The position numbers and the translations under genes were made by a program. From Sarea resinae (taxonomy: Eukaryota), in the NCBI GenBank assembly GCA_026026165.1, contig JAPEUD010000004.1:62001-126000 (forward strand): a stretch of DNA of 64,000 bases, given 5' to 3'. Shown here in pieces: positions 49,734 to 63,176 of this stretch. Under the pieces are notes generated by a model. That model was not told where the DNA came from and made no database searches. It saw nothing but the letters and a program-made list of their open reading frames with translations. Numbering within the stretch: position 1 is the stretch's first letter; each line of letters starts with the position of its first letter.

Positions 49734-51599
49734 ATGATCAAGCGGTCCAGGTTCCCGGACCTGATTCGGCGGATCTCTTCGACACAACATTACCACACCT
49801 TTCCTACCAAGCCGCCAGCCTCGAGAGGTAGGCCACCTTCTCCTGACCATAACTCCGATGAGGGCTCGGGTCAGCCTCCCGCCCACTCTCGGAATGACTC
49901 CCATACCTCTGCTCACGACCACGAATCTCCGCTTCCGACCCGCCAATTGGCCGTTTTGGCTGTCATTGCCTTGGCAGAACAGACAGCCCTCAACTCTATC
50001 AGCCCGTATCTGCCGGAGATGGCCTCAACCTTTCCTGAAGTAGACGAGAACAAAGTCGGTCTCTACGTTGGACTTATTGCATCATCATTTGCGCTAGCGC
50101 AATTTGCGACCAACTTTTTCTGGGGATGGCTCTCCGATAGAGTGGGAAGGAAGCCTGTTATACTCCTGGGAACGCTCCTGACGTCTGCGTGTTTTGTGGC
50201 GTTCGGTTTCTGCAGGACTTTATGGCAAGCTATGCTAGTACAAGCTTTTATGGGTCTCGTGAATGGAAACCAGGGAGTTGTGTCAACGTGCTTGGGAGAA
50301 ATAACGGATCGCAGCAACCAGTCGAGGGCATTCATCTACCTTCCGGTGGTCTATGGAATAGGAGGAATTACTGGGCCAGCCGTGGGCGGGCTGTTGGTCT
50401 TCAAACGCAATCCTTTCGATAAGACCAAGCCGAATCCTTATCCGTATCTTGCGCCGAACCTTCTTGCATCGGTTCTATTACTGGTCGATTTGGTAGTGAC
50501 CATGTTCTTCATGGAGGAGAGCTTGGAGCAAGCCAGAGATCTACCGCCATTGGGAGAAAGAGTAATGAATGTGTTTACATGGTTATGGCAGTTCTCCTCT
50601 TCCACCCGGCCGAGCTACTTGCGTCATAAGCATTTGAAGCATCATCGCCGAGATTCGAGCAATCGTGTAGTCGATGGAACAACTGCAGAGGATGGAAACG
50701 ATGATGACGATAACGATGAGGATGAGGACGAGGACCCAGACTCACGAACATTCCTGCACATGCCTCGTCGCGCTGGCGAGTTAACTCGGAAACAAGTCTT
50801 CAATCGCGATACCATCCTTTTACTTGCTACATACCTGATCTTCCAACTATCTAATATCTCCTACAACTCCTTGTACCCCATTTTTGCTCAGGGGCCTCCT
50901 CCTACAGGCCGCAATCTCTCGACACAAGAAATCGGGTTGTCTCTGTCCTTTTCCGGCATTGTCACCATTATCTTCCAAGTTGGCCTCTTTGGGAAATTAA
51001 GGGAGAAGTTAGGGAACAGGACGACATACAGACTAGGGTTGGGGGGATTCGTGATAGCATTTCTGCTGATGCCTTGGGTGGGATATAAGGATCCTGGTAG
51101 CAAGGGGCCTTACCAGGGCAAGGTTTGGCTCTGGCTCGAGCTTGGATCTGCGTTACTTATCAAGACTGTGGCGGCAGTTGGGGGCTTGACGTCTGCTCTA
51201 CTTCTTGTAAGTCCGCTGATGACGAAAGACTAATTAGTAAAGACCAGTGTTGACGGTAGACCACAGATTACAAATTCTGCCCCCAACCACTCGGTCTTGG
51301 GTACGCTGAACGGTCTAGCCCAAACACTCTCGGCTGCAGGCCGTGCAGCTGGGCCTTTCTTATCTGGTGGGCTGTTCTCGCTCGCGACCAACGTCAAGCC
51401 TAAAGGAGAGGCTCTTGCCTGGGGTGTCTTTGGTGGTGTAGCCTTTGTAGGGCTGTTGATGAGTTTTGGCATTCGAGGACAAGGATTGGAGGCTGAGGGA
51501 TGGGACGAAGAATCAGGTACCTCGAGCGAGGTTGAATCACAAGACACTGACGAGGACGGGGAAGCAAGTGAACATACTGGGTTGCTAAGGCGAAAATGA
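49734..51599 (+). CDS. MFS transporter (DHA1/tetracycline-efflux-like), 2 exons
   Basis: Motifs WGWLSDRVGRKPV, GLVNGNQGV and GEITDRSNQ; intron 51207-51266; then ITNSAP..LGTLNGLAQT..RAAGP. Confidence 0.92.
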
Positions 51600-53884
51600 C
51601 CGGTATATATACTCACTATTCACGAGCGATGGCGTTACGACATGAGCTTTCCGCATTCATCAGCTAGATTTGGACTTAGCAAAGTCACACGAGCCGCAAG
51701 GGCAAAATGCCCGTGGACAGCAGCCTATTTGGATGCTGACAATTTTGTGTATAGGAATCTTCTATCAACTTGTGTATCAGGAATCTCCTATCAACTTGTG
51801 CACCATGGTCATTGATCTCTGCTTCCGTTTGAATGCGTGGAGATATACCAGTCTAACCAAACAGCCGCAGTAGTCGCTCTGGCGTCTGGTGTCAGAGTTG
51901 TGACTCAATGACTCGATAATTTTCATTACTCAATGGCTGAAATATTAACCGAAAGGATGAATCACTGTTCTCGATTCGAAATCTGGATTTTGATAGCGGG
52001 ACTGCTATTCGTATCTATCTCTTTATATCAGTGCTCACTCTCGCCCTCACTCTCAAACAGTCATCTGCACCTGCAACGCTCTTTTTTTCTGAACGAAAAA
52101 AGCCCTTCCTCATGGCCCACGCCGCCAATAACTTCCAACACTTATACCTCAACGAACAGATCTTCGCTTCCATCGTGGCTAGGCCTCCCTTGGTTGGTCA
52201 TATCTCATCGATGAACTCCAAAGAGGACCATCTACCGATAGCCTGTCATACGAATCATTAGCGCTTGTTACGGGCTAAGTGGATAGCATCAGGAAATGCA
52301 TCGCGACCATACTGAAGGAGATTATCAAAATCAAATCAATATAACGGTTCGGGGTTCGTCGCGTGGAAGCAAGCCATACGTTTGGCCATACGTGGAAAGG
52401 TTCCTTGGATCTGAGAGCGCCGTGGGCGCTGCTCGTGATGATATGGCTGGTGAGTCTTACTTTGCTTTGCTTCACCGTGTGTGGGTGTGGGTGTGACTGG
52501 TTTCCGTCGGTCGCAAGGAGGGTTTCGGGCGCAGACCAGCGAACGAGGTGCCAGATATTATGGTGGACGTGGAGATTGGAGTGGGTGCTTGTTTGCGCTG
52601 TGTGGATTGTTGGTGCGCGTGTGTGCAATAGCTTCAATGTTGTCGCGTCGCCCGCCAACTACCAAAGACCACGGATGGCCTCAATCACAAAGCCGTGGTG
52701 AGTGTGGTGCGTGGATGGGTAGCTGGACGAACGAGCACACAGCAAAGTCAGACTGTTCAGGACATCTGGAGGGGGTCCCAGAATGGCCCAGACACACACC
52801 CAGCCAATCTACTACGGAGGGAAGGCACATTCACGGGTCCCAAGGTTTAAATATGTCCGCGGCCAAGGTCTAGTACCCAGACCGGTCTGATAGCGCAGTG
52901 GGATGCGCGCCCTCCTGGCACCGCAGTGAAGAAGAGCCCATTGAAATAATCCTCCCCGGCCGTCATGGGCCAGCCCCGAGAACCACCGACGAAGCCTGGC
53001 CCCGCGAGGGGTGGCGGTGCACGAGTACTCGGCTCGGGGTGGGGGACCTACCATTCAAGCCTGCGATCTGCGGTGCGGTAAGACCTGTCTACTTTTTTCT
53101 TTTTCCATCAATGTTTCAAATCTTCTGATGTATGCGGCGGAGAAGCTGCAGACGTGCTTGTCGTGATACGATCATCTCTTTCACACATCGGCGAGATTTT
53201 TTCGATGAATCTGTAGGCTGGTTACTATCATCCCCGCGCACTTTTCTATCGCCTCCCTGGAAAACTACAAGCCTTGGTGGTCTTTCGAAGAGGCTCTGAA
53301 GGGGCGTGGAATGGGCTTGGATCCGAGGGGGTTCGATCCGGCGACCATGACAGATTGGAGGCGATGTTGTGAATGTCTGGGCGAGTGAATGGAGGTGGGT
53401 GGGTGGGTGGATGGGGGAGGGAAGGGGGATGTAAACAAAGCCCCGTGTCGTGTGGTGTTGAGGTTTTCTCAAGCGCGGCAGGAGCGAGACGCGCTAATCC
53501 ACACAACCCCACCACTAGCGCAACCGCAATCGCAACCACAAAAACGAGCCGCGGATACGGCTCGCTACAGCCACGCAAGGTAATCAACGATAAACTTATG
53601 GAAAATCTATTGGGCCTCTATACTGCGCAGTAAAGTGACAACCACATTTAGATTATACGCAAGCTAAGAGACTATCCGAAAAACGCGAAAGATATACATT
53701 CTACTCGTTGGCTATGGTATTTAATCTACGATGAATGGGAAGGAGTGAAAGAACAGTAAGGATATAGCTTACTAATAGCAGAGCTATCTGTCGCAATGAA
53801 GCGACAATACAGAGCTCTAAAACCCTGAAAGAAGACATGATATTAATCATGTCACTGAGCCAGGCCAGCACGGCGCGTGGTTGA

Positions 53885-54905
53885 TCAACCGGCGTTTTCA
53901 CCCAGCCACTCAGTCGTAATCCAATTCAATTCCTTCTTGAACCAGGGCGTCTCGACAGTCAATTCGGTATCAAAGATATGATCGCCGGGTTGAGTCACCA
54001 GAGCTATTTTCGTACCTGGATGGAGACGCTCCACCTCGGATACAAAGGTCCTGCTTCCCTCTATGGGTACCACAGAGTCTTCGGTGCCATGATAGATGAA
54101 CATGGCAGGAAGCTTTTTGGCAGTCTCGAGTTGCTCCAGGGGGAACAACGTGGGATCCGACCCGAGAAGCTCGACATAGCGCCCTTGCTGAACCGCCACC
54201 ATGAGGAGGGACGCTCGGTCCGGAGGGTCGACGCTGGTGACTATCTGGCCTGGTACCATCGAGGCAATGTGGGAGGAGAGGGTTTCGGGCGGGAGCATAG
54301 GTACGCCGAGCAAGTTCTTTTCTTCACACCGAGTGTAGAGGGGGCACTTGACGTCTAGCATCGGGTACGCCATGACGGCGGCCTTGATGCCCGGAAGAGG
54401 ACGGGCTATTGCAGCCTGCGCGGCAAGGTAGCCGCCAGCACTCTGGCCCACGACCAGAATATTCTGGATGCTTATTTCGAGAGGCTGCTTGTACCTGGAG
54501 AGGAGCTCCGGCAGGGAATCGCGAGTCCAGGCCCAGAAGTCGTCTAGATCTTCGAGAATGTCAAGTCCCGTATTTTCTGGCATGAGGCGGTGGTCAGGAG
54601 CTATGACAATGGCTGACTTGGCGACAGTATGTTGGAGGAGCCAAGTGGGGAACCATTCTTCGAAGTTACGAGATCCGGTAAACTATCTCAGTATCATATC
54701 TCAGTATCAGGCTGCGGTGGCTTCGCTCCATGAGCTAAGTACTGACCAGACCACCGCCATGAAACTGGACTGCGAGAGGATGGATTCCGGCCGACAAGTC
54801 TCTTGGAATGAACACATCGACGTCAATGCTCTGCTTGTTGACGGACTTGTATGAAGTCGTTAGGATATCGAATCCGGTGAACTTTCCTAATCCTGCTACA
54901 GCCAT
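53885..54905 (-). CDS. Alpha/beta hydrolase (HSL-like), 2 exons
   Basis: MAVAGLGKF..VQFHGGGL|VTGS, DHRLMPE, nucleophile elbow GQSAGG, HGTEDSVVP and PGDHIFD. Confidence 0.9.
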
Positions 54906-55432
54906 GATGAAGTTGATGGGATTGATGAAGTTGGATTGTCAACAGTATAAGACAATGGAGTGGAAGTTGAAAGATATCTAAGTGGGACGGTACCAACCAA
55001 CATTTATGGTCATCTGGTGCCGCTGTCTGTCCATTCCGTGCTTATGCCCGGCCCCATGATTGCAGCTCGCAGGGTCAATGAAATCCACCTCGGTGTCAGC
55101 ATTAGAGTCCGTAGGTTCCTACTCGGAGTACTCTCGAGGCAAACCATTGACGATCTACTACGTAGTAAACGTAGCAATGCAGTATGATTGGGGTGTATAC
55201 CCGCCCATTCGTTATCTGGCGGTGGCATAGTGCTTCAACGACGATCCACGTGAGTCATGACAGATTTGTCCGACTGGCTTAGCAACCGCTGACACCAACA
55301 AGAGTCTGTTTGGGTGAGTCATTCGTCAGGTAGCCAGCGGAAACATCCTGGAGCATTCTTGGTCAGCAGCGGGGTTGGATTTGGCCCCTATATCATCACA
55401 TCTCCCGCGCAGCATGTTGTTGCTGCCTGTCG

Positions 55433-55444
55433 TGCTTACTAAGG
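55433..55444. promoter_or_regulatory. Candidate Yap1-type bZIP site (TTACTAA)
   Basis: TGCTTACTAAGG occurs identically at 57165-57176; another TTACTAA at 55512-55518. Confidence 0.4.
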
Positions 55445-55836
55445 TGATGCCGCCGTCCACGGGTGTTCGTGTCCTGGCGGAGACGGCTGAGACAGCGGAG
55501 ATGGGCGGAGATTACTAATCACAACAATACCTTACCCTCGAACCACCATCTATCAGTCTATCTATCTCTCTTACTCGGACATGTCGTAGCCATGTTGAGG
55601 TCCTCCGCTCGTATGGATGCGATGCGGTCGGTCCGTGCCAACCGAACTACAGCAGGGCTGGCACACGGCATGAGAGCAAGAATTTCCAGAATTTCAATGC
55701 TGACCGATATGTGCATCAGTGCTGACTGCATCGAATGTGGACTCTAGTGGTCTTTAACAGTTCCAACTTACTCCAAGACTGTAGAATGAAGTAAACCAGG
55801 GAACATCCAGTCTCTCTCATCTAGAAGAACGGCAAC

Positions 55837-56948
55837 ATGGTCGACCTGAAAGAAGTCCGCGATTCCAATCAAAAGCTCGCTTCCTCTTTTCCTGAACTCA
55901 CGGCATTGTTCGTTGGTGCGACCAGCGGGATTGGTGAGAGCATCCTCAAGCAATTCGCGAAGTCGATAGAGAAGCCCACGGCCTACATTGTCGGACGAAG
56001 CGAGAAAGCGGCGTCTCAACTGCTCGAAAGTCTTCACGCGCTCAATCCCAAGGGCGTCTTCAATTTCATCGAGACCGATGTCTCCACTCTCAAAAATGTG
56101 GATGGCGTTTGCGATAGGGTGAAAGGGAGGGTGGAGAAGCTCAATCTCCTCTTTCTATCCGCTGGTTACATTTCCTTTGTCGGTAGACAAGGTATAGAAT
56201 CAATCTTCATATCTGACTCCTCTATTCCTGATTTTTGCCTTGGTCATTTTGCTCTATCAACCCATCATTATCTTTCAGTCTAATACATATGGATATAGCA
56301 ACTCCGGACGATGTTGATGCATCACTGGCTCTCCGTTACTACGGGCGTGCCCGCTTCATCCAGAATCTTCTTCCGATCATGTCTTCTCCAGTATCGCGGG
56401 TAGTAAGTGTTCTTGCGGGTGGGAAGGAAGGCAAAATGGTTGAATCAGATCTCTATCTTCGGCACAACTACTCCATCATGAATGCGGCAGTCCATTCGGC
56501 TACCATGATGACACTTGCCATGGATCGATTCGCGGCCGAGAACCCCTCGATAAGCTTCGTTCACGTCTTTCCTGGCTTGGTGAATACACCAGTCCTGAGC
56601 AGAGGCTTGCCGGCTCCTGCTGCAATTTTCATGAAGTACGTAGGGATCCCGATACTCTCGCTCTTTGCACTCTCATACAATGAAGCTGGGGAAAGAGAGC
56701 TGTTTTACGCGACTTCCGCGAGATACCCACCTGCCGGGAATCGGTCTAGCGCCGTGGGAGTTGTCTTGGGCCCCAAGGTCGAAGTGGCGGAGGGTTGTGA
56801 TGGAGCGCAGGGAACCGGTTTATATCTACTGGATTGGAACGGAGAGATTGCTGGTGATGAGAAGCTCCTTACGGATTTCAAGACCCGTGGCTTGAGCGAC
56901 ACAGTCTGGGCGCATACCTTGGAGGTGTTTGAGAATGCTGCACAATAG
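55837..56948 (+). CDS. Short-chain dehydrogenase/reductase, 2 exons
   Basis: ALFVGATSGIG, LLFLSAG, intron about 56192-56298, then LRYYGRARFI and FVHVFPGLVNT. Confidence 0.9.
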
Positions 56949-57768
56949 AGAGCCCTATTACTGTATTGCGTCAAGGATTGGTCCTCTGAGAAATGAGTCA
57001 AGTGAGACAGTAGACAAGCCGAACACGCAGCGATATCCACTTATTCCGGTAGTAGTTGTGTCCCGTCCATTTCGATTTTTACTCTCTTCACATTCGATGT
57101 AAACAGCCACAGTAAGCATGTATGATGCGGGCACTTACCTAACAGTACTAAGGTGCAGCTAATCTGCTTACTAAGGCGCCGAGGAACGCGGCGAGTGGGA
57201 ACTCGGAGTCCACCTTATTGATGCGTAGCGGGAGCTCAAGCCCCCTAACCCCCCAACCGCGCGCGCGGACGCCGCCGCTGACACCATCGCATCGCATTGC
57301 ACGGTGCTTCTGCGCCGCGCACTGATGTTGACCTGCCGTCCCACCACCACATCCCCCTCCTGAGGCGCGTTCGCGTGTGGTTTGATTTCCTCGAAGGCTC
57401 GCTCGCAGCGGCGATTGCAATCGCGACCGCCACTGCGAAAATGCCATGCTTGATGGCTGAGCTGACAGGAGTCGAAATGGGCGGCAGTCCAATCAAATCA
57501 TATATCATATGGAGCGAGCCTGTTTGTTGTTTATCGTCGAGCCCCTCGTGTGTGGATTGGAGTATATCGCTCTCTCTTGTCCTTTTCATTTCCTGAAAAC
57601 AATTGAAAATAGATTACCTGTCTTTCCTATCGAGCTCAAAATCCAATGTCCCTCTTCTTCCGTGTCTGTACACTTGTTTCCAAATAATACAAACAAGTCC
57701 CCTTCAATCTTCGACCTCGTGAAACACTGACTCCAGCCAACAAATAATACCCCGCAAAATTCAAAATC

Positions 57769-59236
57769 ATGAGCAAGCTGCTGACCGTCTTTGGCGCCAC
57801 GGGCAACCAAGGCGGCGCCGTCATCGAATCCGTCCTCAGCCATCCGACGCTCTCCAAGACATACCGTCTCCGCGGCATCACTCGCGACCCCAGCAAACCG
57901 GCCGCCCTGAAGCTGAAAGAGAAGGGTGTCGACGTGGTCAAAGTCTGTCTGCCTACCTTTCTGCCCTTCAGCAAAACCCAAACGAGGGCACTGTTGCAGT
58001 GTATTGACTCATCTTTTTTTCTCCTTTTGCTAGGCCGATCTGCTTGACAAAGAGTCTCTCAAGCAAGTGATCCAGGGGTCAAGTGCCGTATTCGCAGTCA
58101 CCAACTGTGCGTCTCATCTCTTTTTGTCGCGGGCTCTTTTTTTCCACCCAGTCATACCTTCGCTCTCAAACCCAGCTGCACATCAGCCTGCCAATCCGCC
58201 CATGAGACCCAACTGAAAAACACCCCTCACCACAGTCTGGGAAAAAGCCACCAAGGCCAACGAAGTGGCCCAAGGCCGCAACGTCGCCTCCGTATGCAAA
58301 GAATGCGGCATCGAGCTACTCATCTGGTCGACGCTCCCGCACGTCACGAAGATGACCTCGGGCGCCCTGAAACACGTCACGCACTTCGACAGCAAAGCGG
58401 AAGTAGGCGAGTATATCGAAGAACTGGGGGTGCCGTATGCTTTTTTCGTGCCGGGGTTCTACATGAGTAATATCACTGGGAGTATCAAGAAGGTAAGTCT
58501 GAGAAGACCTTCTATGTGATTTTGCTTTTCGATGTGGTTGGTCGGTGTTTCACATGGAGATGCGTTCCTCCCTTTACTCATATCCCTTTAAAAGACCTCG
58601 CTTCCGGTCTTTACATGCCTCGAGATCCGTCTTGTATCATTCCAACTCAACAAACACAAGCTGATTCAGAGCCGAAAAAAATAGACAGAAAACGGCCTAT
58701 CATACGCCTCGACCTTTACGCCGACGACGCCGGTTCCTCTTCTCTCCCCGGGCACAGATACAGGCCTCTTCGTCTCGTCGCTCCTCTCGCACTACCCGGC
58801 AACGCTGGGCACTTCGATCCTGGGTGCGTCGGGCTGGTACACGCCGGCGCAGATCGTCGACACTATCACGGCCGTCTCGGGACAGAAATGCACATATACC
58901 CAGCTCAGTGAGGCGCAGCTGAAGGCGGGGCTGATGGCGCAGGGACAGGCGGGCGCGGGCGGAGGTGGGATGTCTGAGGAAAAGGCTGAGGAGATAGTGG
59001 AGAATTTTAGGTTGGTTACTGAGTGGGGATACTTTGGCCCTGGGGGCAAAGAGGGAGTCGAGGATAGTATCAAAGTGAGTCTGCTTTCTTTTTCTGCCCA
59101 CTTCCTCGTTGTGGTTTGTTTCGTGCCTTTCCTTATCGGCATTATTGTCTGACTTCTACGACTTCGGGAAATCTAGCTACTCGACACAAAGCCAACCACA
59201 TTTAAGCAATTCGTGGAGAGAAACAAGACGTGGTAA
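57769..59236 (+). CDS. NmrA-like NAD(P)-binding protein, multi-exon
   Basis: MSKLLTVFGATGNQGGAV, RGITRDPSK, VFAVTN, QGRNVA, IWSTLPHV, HFDSKAEV and PGFYMSN; last exon KPTTFKQFVERNKTW*. Confidence 0.9.
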
Positions 59237-59491
59237 TTGTGGTGGCTATAATAATCACAAAATCTCAACATGCAGCAAAAGGGAATGGCGGTGAGGCATG
59301 TATGCTGACTATGCTATGATATCAACTATCGTTGAGAATTCAGAGCCGAATTTCGTGACGATGCTTGCGTGCAGATGCTGGTAAAATGTTAAATGTTTCT
59401 ACTCGTGAAGCTAATAATCAAGCAAGAAGAAGGACATCGACAGATATTTTAACAAATGCCGAGCAGAAGCTCTCTGGAAATACGAGACACA

Positions 59492-61627
59492 TCATTTATC
59501 CCAGAAGATTTCCTTTAGCTTTCTCTCTTTTTCGTTCTCAATGTACCGGTCGAAGTTCGCAGACGCAGGGTCAAACAGGTTTCCCTGATACACCTCTGGT
59601 TCAAGAAACGCGCACCTCTCCCCCTTACTCGCCAACGAGCTACAAAGGTGCATATGGAGAAAGATAGCGACCCTTTGGTTACCATGTTCCGTTAGACGCC
59701 ATCTGGGTGGTACAGCCTCATCCAGCGCGAAATCTTGGTTGTTCGAGGTGGTGTCCTCGGTGTCAAGCCACCCAGACGTGTCGAGCCAGAAGACTGAACT
59801 GTCACCCTCGCTACGAAGTCGTCGTACGACATTTTGTGTCGCGTGTTCCATTTGCCCTCGGAACGGACGCATGATGAAGATCTTTATGAGAGCAGAAGTG
59901 GCCTTTGGTGATTTTGTAAGACCAATCGCTGGAGTGGTGCTTTGATAGGCAAGTTCGCGTATAGCTTGGACGAGAGACACGTAGGTGTCCTCAAAGTGTT
60001 CCATCAATTCCCAGCCAGAGATATTGTATGCCTGTCCATGTGTTTCGAACGAACGCAGATCTGAGTCGCCGATGTTCAGTAGCTTGGTCCGTAAGTGTTC
60101 TGCATAATACTTAGGTTAGACATTTGCTTACGATAACGTCCGGGACATAAGCGTCGAACATCCATAGATGCTCAAAATAGGCCGAATTCTTAGGTCCACT
60201 CAATGTTGGTCAAGTCAGCTGCTGCTTCATCTGGGGTCATACTAGATCGAGGCCCACCTTCTGAAGAAGACATCACCGAGTCCGGTAGGATGGCCAGTTC
60301 CGCCAATGCAGCCTTGCACAAGGCACATGCCATCCACTCCGATGCAAACGTGGTCAATTCCGAACATCTCCCCCAGAAGATACTCCCATCCCATCACCCC
60401 TGCAAGCAGTCCATCAGCGCCGCCTGAACGTCTTCTATCCTTCGGAACGAGAGAACCAGGAGAATCTGTTATGACTTCGAGCAGCTTCTTTCCACTGCAA
60501 ATGGACCGACTATCTCCGCTTACACCGCTTGCTGCACCGGGATATTTCTCGTTTTCTCCTGGGAGTGTTTTGATTTCTTCTGAGAGATCGTCAATTTTTG
60601 AGCGGGGGGCTTCCATCCTTGCTAGATCGCCACCGTTATCTAGCCAGACTCCTTCGAATTCCACAACACCCCCAATACCTCCACCATCAACCATGGGGCC
60701 AATGATCCGAATTTCGTGCTCTTCAGAAGGATTCAGGTCACTCCTACGTATCTGAACTAGGCCGGTCGCATTCATCAGCAGAACATACTCTTCGTCATCT
60801 ATGCGAGCTAAAAGAGAAATTGGAGGCGCAGGCGCCCGAGACAATGGCGATGTGTGAAACGAGAAATGGTCTCCGTCGGCAACGATGGACTGATTAACAT
60901 GGCTGGTATAATCCGCCGCAGAATTGTGAAGAGCCACGAGCACGGTACTCGTGTTTCTGACTCTGATGTCAAGATAAGCTCCTGCAGCACGGTCAGTTCC
61001 GCAAACCGACTCTTTGGACAGGTCATGTTTGCTGGCGGCTCGCAAATCAAAGCCGATTCAATTATTGATGGCGGCAAAGGGCTTGACAAAGATGAGGGCA
61101 GTGTCTTAACAACGGAAATGATGGCGGCTCGTAAGGTGCCAAGTAGGTTCGCAAACACCGCTGCCATAATATGTAGGGTCTGACTTGCCTGGGAAGGTTC
61201 CGTCCTTTCGCAGATGATTCGGTGTGGATGTCCACCTTCCAACGTACTAAGATGGGATCAGCCGCTGCTGTAGACAGCGTTTGCAGTAAGAAGCCTTTGA
61301 GACACTTACATGGATCTGGGGATTGCTGGCGGGAACAAATTGTAGATTCTTCGTGGCCTCAAGAAGGAACAGTTCCTCGATGCCGATGGAGCTCAGTGTC
61401 GAAACTGTATTGTGGCTTGCCAACCAACAGACACATCCAACAGCGATCAGCATGAAAAGAATCCTGAGCTTCTTCTTAGAATGGGGCTTCATCCGGTATG
61501 GAGGAGGCCGGCCCGCGAGTATTGGCAATTTGGGTATGGTGAAGCGAGAGGGAGTCTGATCATGATTGATACCGGTGGGCGTCGTCTGTCCTGTACCGCT
61601 TGATGAGGAGCCCTCCGGGCTAGACAT
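59492..61627 (-). CDS. Membrane-anchored SGNH/GDSL-like (CE2-like) hydrolase, multi-exon
   Basis: Transmembrane LRILFMLIAVGCVCWLA; PASNPQIH|LVRWKV; LLEVITDS, GWEYLLGEMFG, IGVDGMCL, VPDVIV|LNIGDSD, IFIMRPFRG, WLDTSGWL and LTEHGNQRVA. The start codon is uncertain. Confidence 0.7.
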
Positions 61628-62470
61628 CTGTGTAGACTTTATAAAAAGAGAGCGATGCTGGAACATGGTGCACGAGCGAGATGGAAAATGATAGAATGAG
61701 GATGAGAAGGTATCTTCACCAAAGATGATTGTTCGCGAAAGAATGGATGGTATTACTCTCCGAAAGAAGAACACTCTCTATTACTCTCTCGTTCCGATGC
61801 TGATCTTACGACGACTAGTTACTTGGATTGATATTGTGCGTGTTCCCATGCCTGCTTGTTCTAATGCCTACTTCTTGCCTTAATCGGACTCCTGAGTACC
61901 TTTTGACCTACCTGTATGCCTTACCCTGATATCACTCTGAAGCCTAAGGTACCTACTTTACGTAGATTAGGTGCCTACCTACCTCAGCTTTGCAATAAGA
62001 AAGCCTTGATGTGGGAATCTTGAAAATCTGTGTCCGTCATTTTATATCTTAGGATATCAACATTAATATCAAAGCTGGACACCGTATTGCTTATGTCAAA
62101 TTTGCCTATAAATACTTCCTTTAATAGAGTTTAGTACCAGGTGTTGATTTGCCTCTATTTTGATTGAGCTTGCTATTGAATTATTGCCCTGACGCTCCCC
62201 GGGATGAGCTACGACTGTATTCGATTGTTTGTTGACAGCGTCGTGACATGGCACAGAGCACAGAATAACATAGACGTACTACTGCACCTTCTCCTCGCTT
62301 GAAAGATCGCCGATGATTGATTCGCGCAAATGTCAACATCAGACTCTAAGTCCACGTAGCCTCGATGACTGTAAGGCACGTGCTCTATTCATGCTCACTA
62401 GCATTGGGGGCTCTCCAAAATCCAGAATCCATTCAACTCCAGGTCTAGACGCTTGACGGGATCCGAGATC

Positions 62471-63176
62471 ATGAATTCGCTACATTCGCCAGTGGTCAGA
62501 GCCACCATTCAGGCTGCTGGTCTTAGCGCCATCTCAGCTTTTCTAGCACAAGCTATCACAGCACACAAACAAGAGGTACAATCCAATCAAGCAATCGCCA
62601 ATTCTGCTATGGACACTGATTTACCTGGCGAACCACATGCAGGCCACTTTGCAAGTTGAATTGACTCCCATGTTGCATTTCGTTCTCTTCAATGTCTTGA
62701 GCACACCGCCAAATTTCTTCTGGCAGCGATTCCTTGAAGAAAGCTTTCCCGGAGACTGCCTGGTACCAGTCAGAAAGGGTAACGGCGCCGAGGAGAAGAC
62801 CGTGACGGAAAGACGTCTTGATTGGCCTAATACCCTGAAAAAGTTGTTGTTGGATCAGACGGTGGGAACGACTGTTAATACAATTCTCTTCATTGCCGGT
62901 CTGGGTTCTATCAAAGGCATGAACTTGGAGCAGATAGTCGGTGCAATTGGCCAGGTATGATTCCCTCACTAGTTGAAGCTCTCTTCTTCCAATCCAAAAT
63001 GAAATTAAGGCGGCCATTGCTAGGACTTTTGGCCTATGATAAGAGCAGGCCTCAAGCTTTGGCCGATGGTCTCGGTAATCTCGTTCACTGTTGTGCCAGT
63101 GGAGCAAAGACTCGTCTTTGGCAGCCTTGTTGGCGTTGGATGGGGGGTCTTTTTAAGCTTGGCGGTTGCGGGATAG
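62471..63176 (+). CDS. Mpv17/PMP22 family membrane protein, 3 exons
   Basis: ATIQAAGLSAISAFLAQ; PPNFFWQRFLE; KKLLLDQTVG; DFWPMIRAGLKLWP..FTVVPVEQRLVF..WGVFLS. Confidence 0.9.

Noticed and set aside
51900..53700. Several short ORFs between the MFS and hydrolase genes
   Set aside because: No domains or consistent splice model; treated as intergenic.
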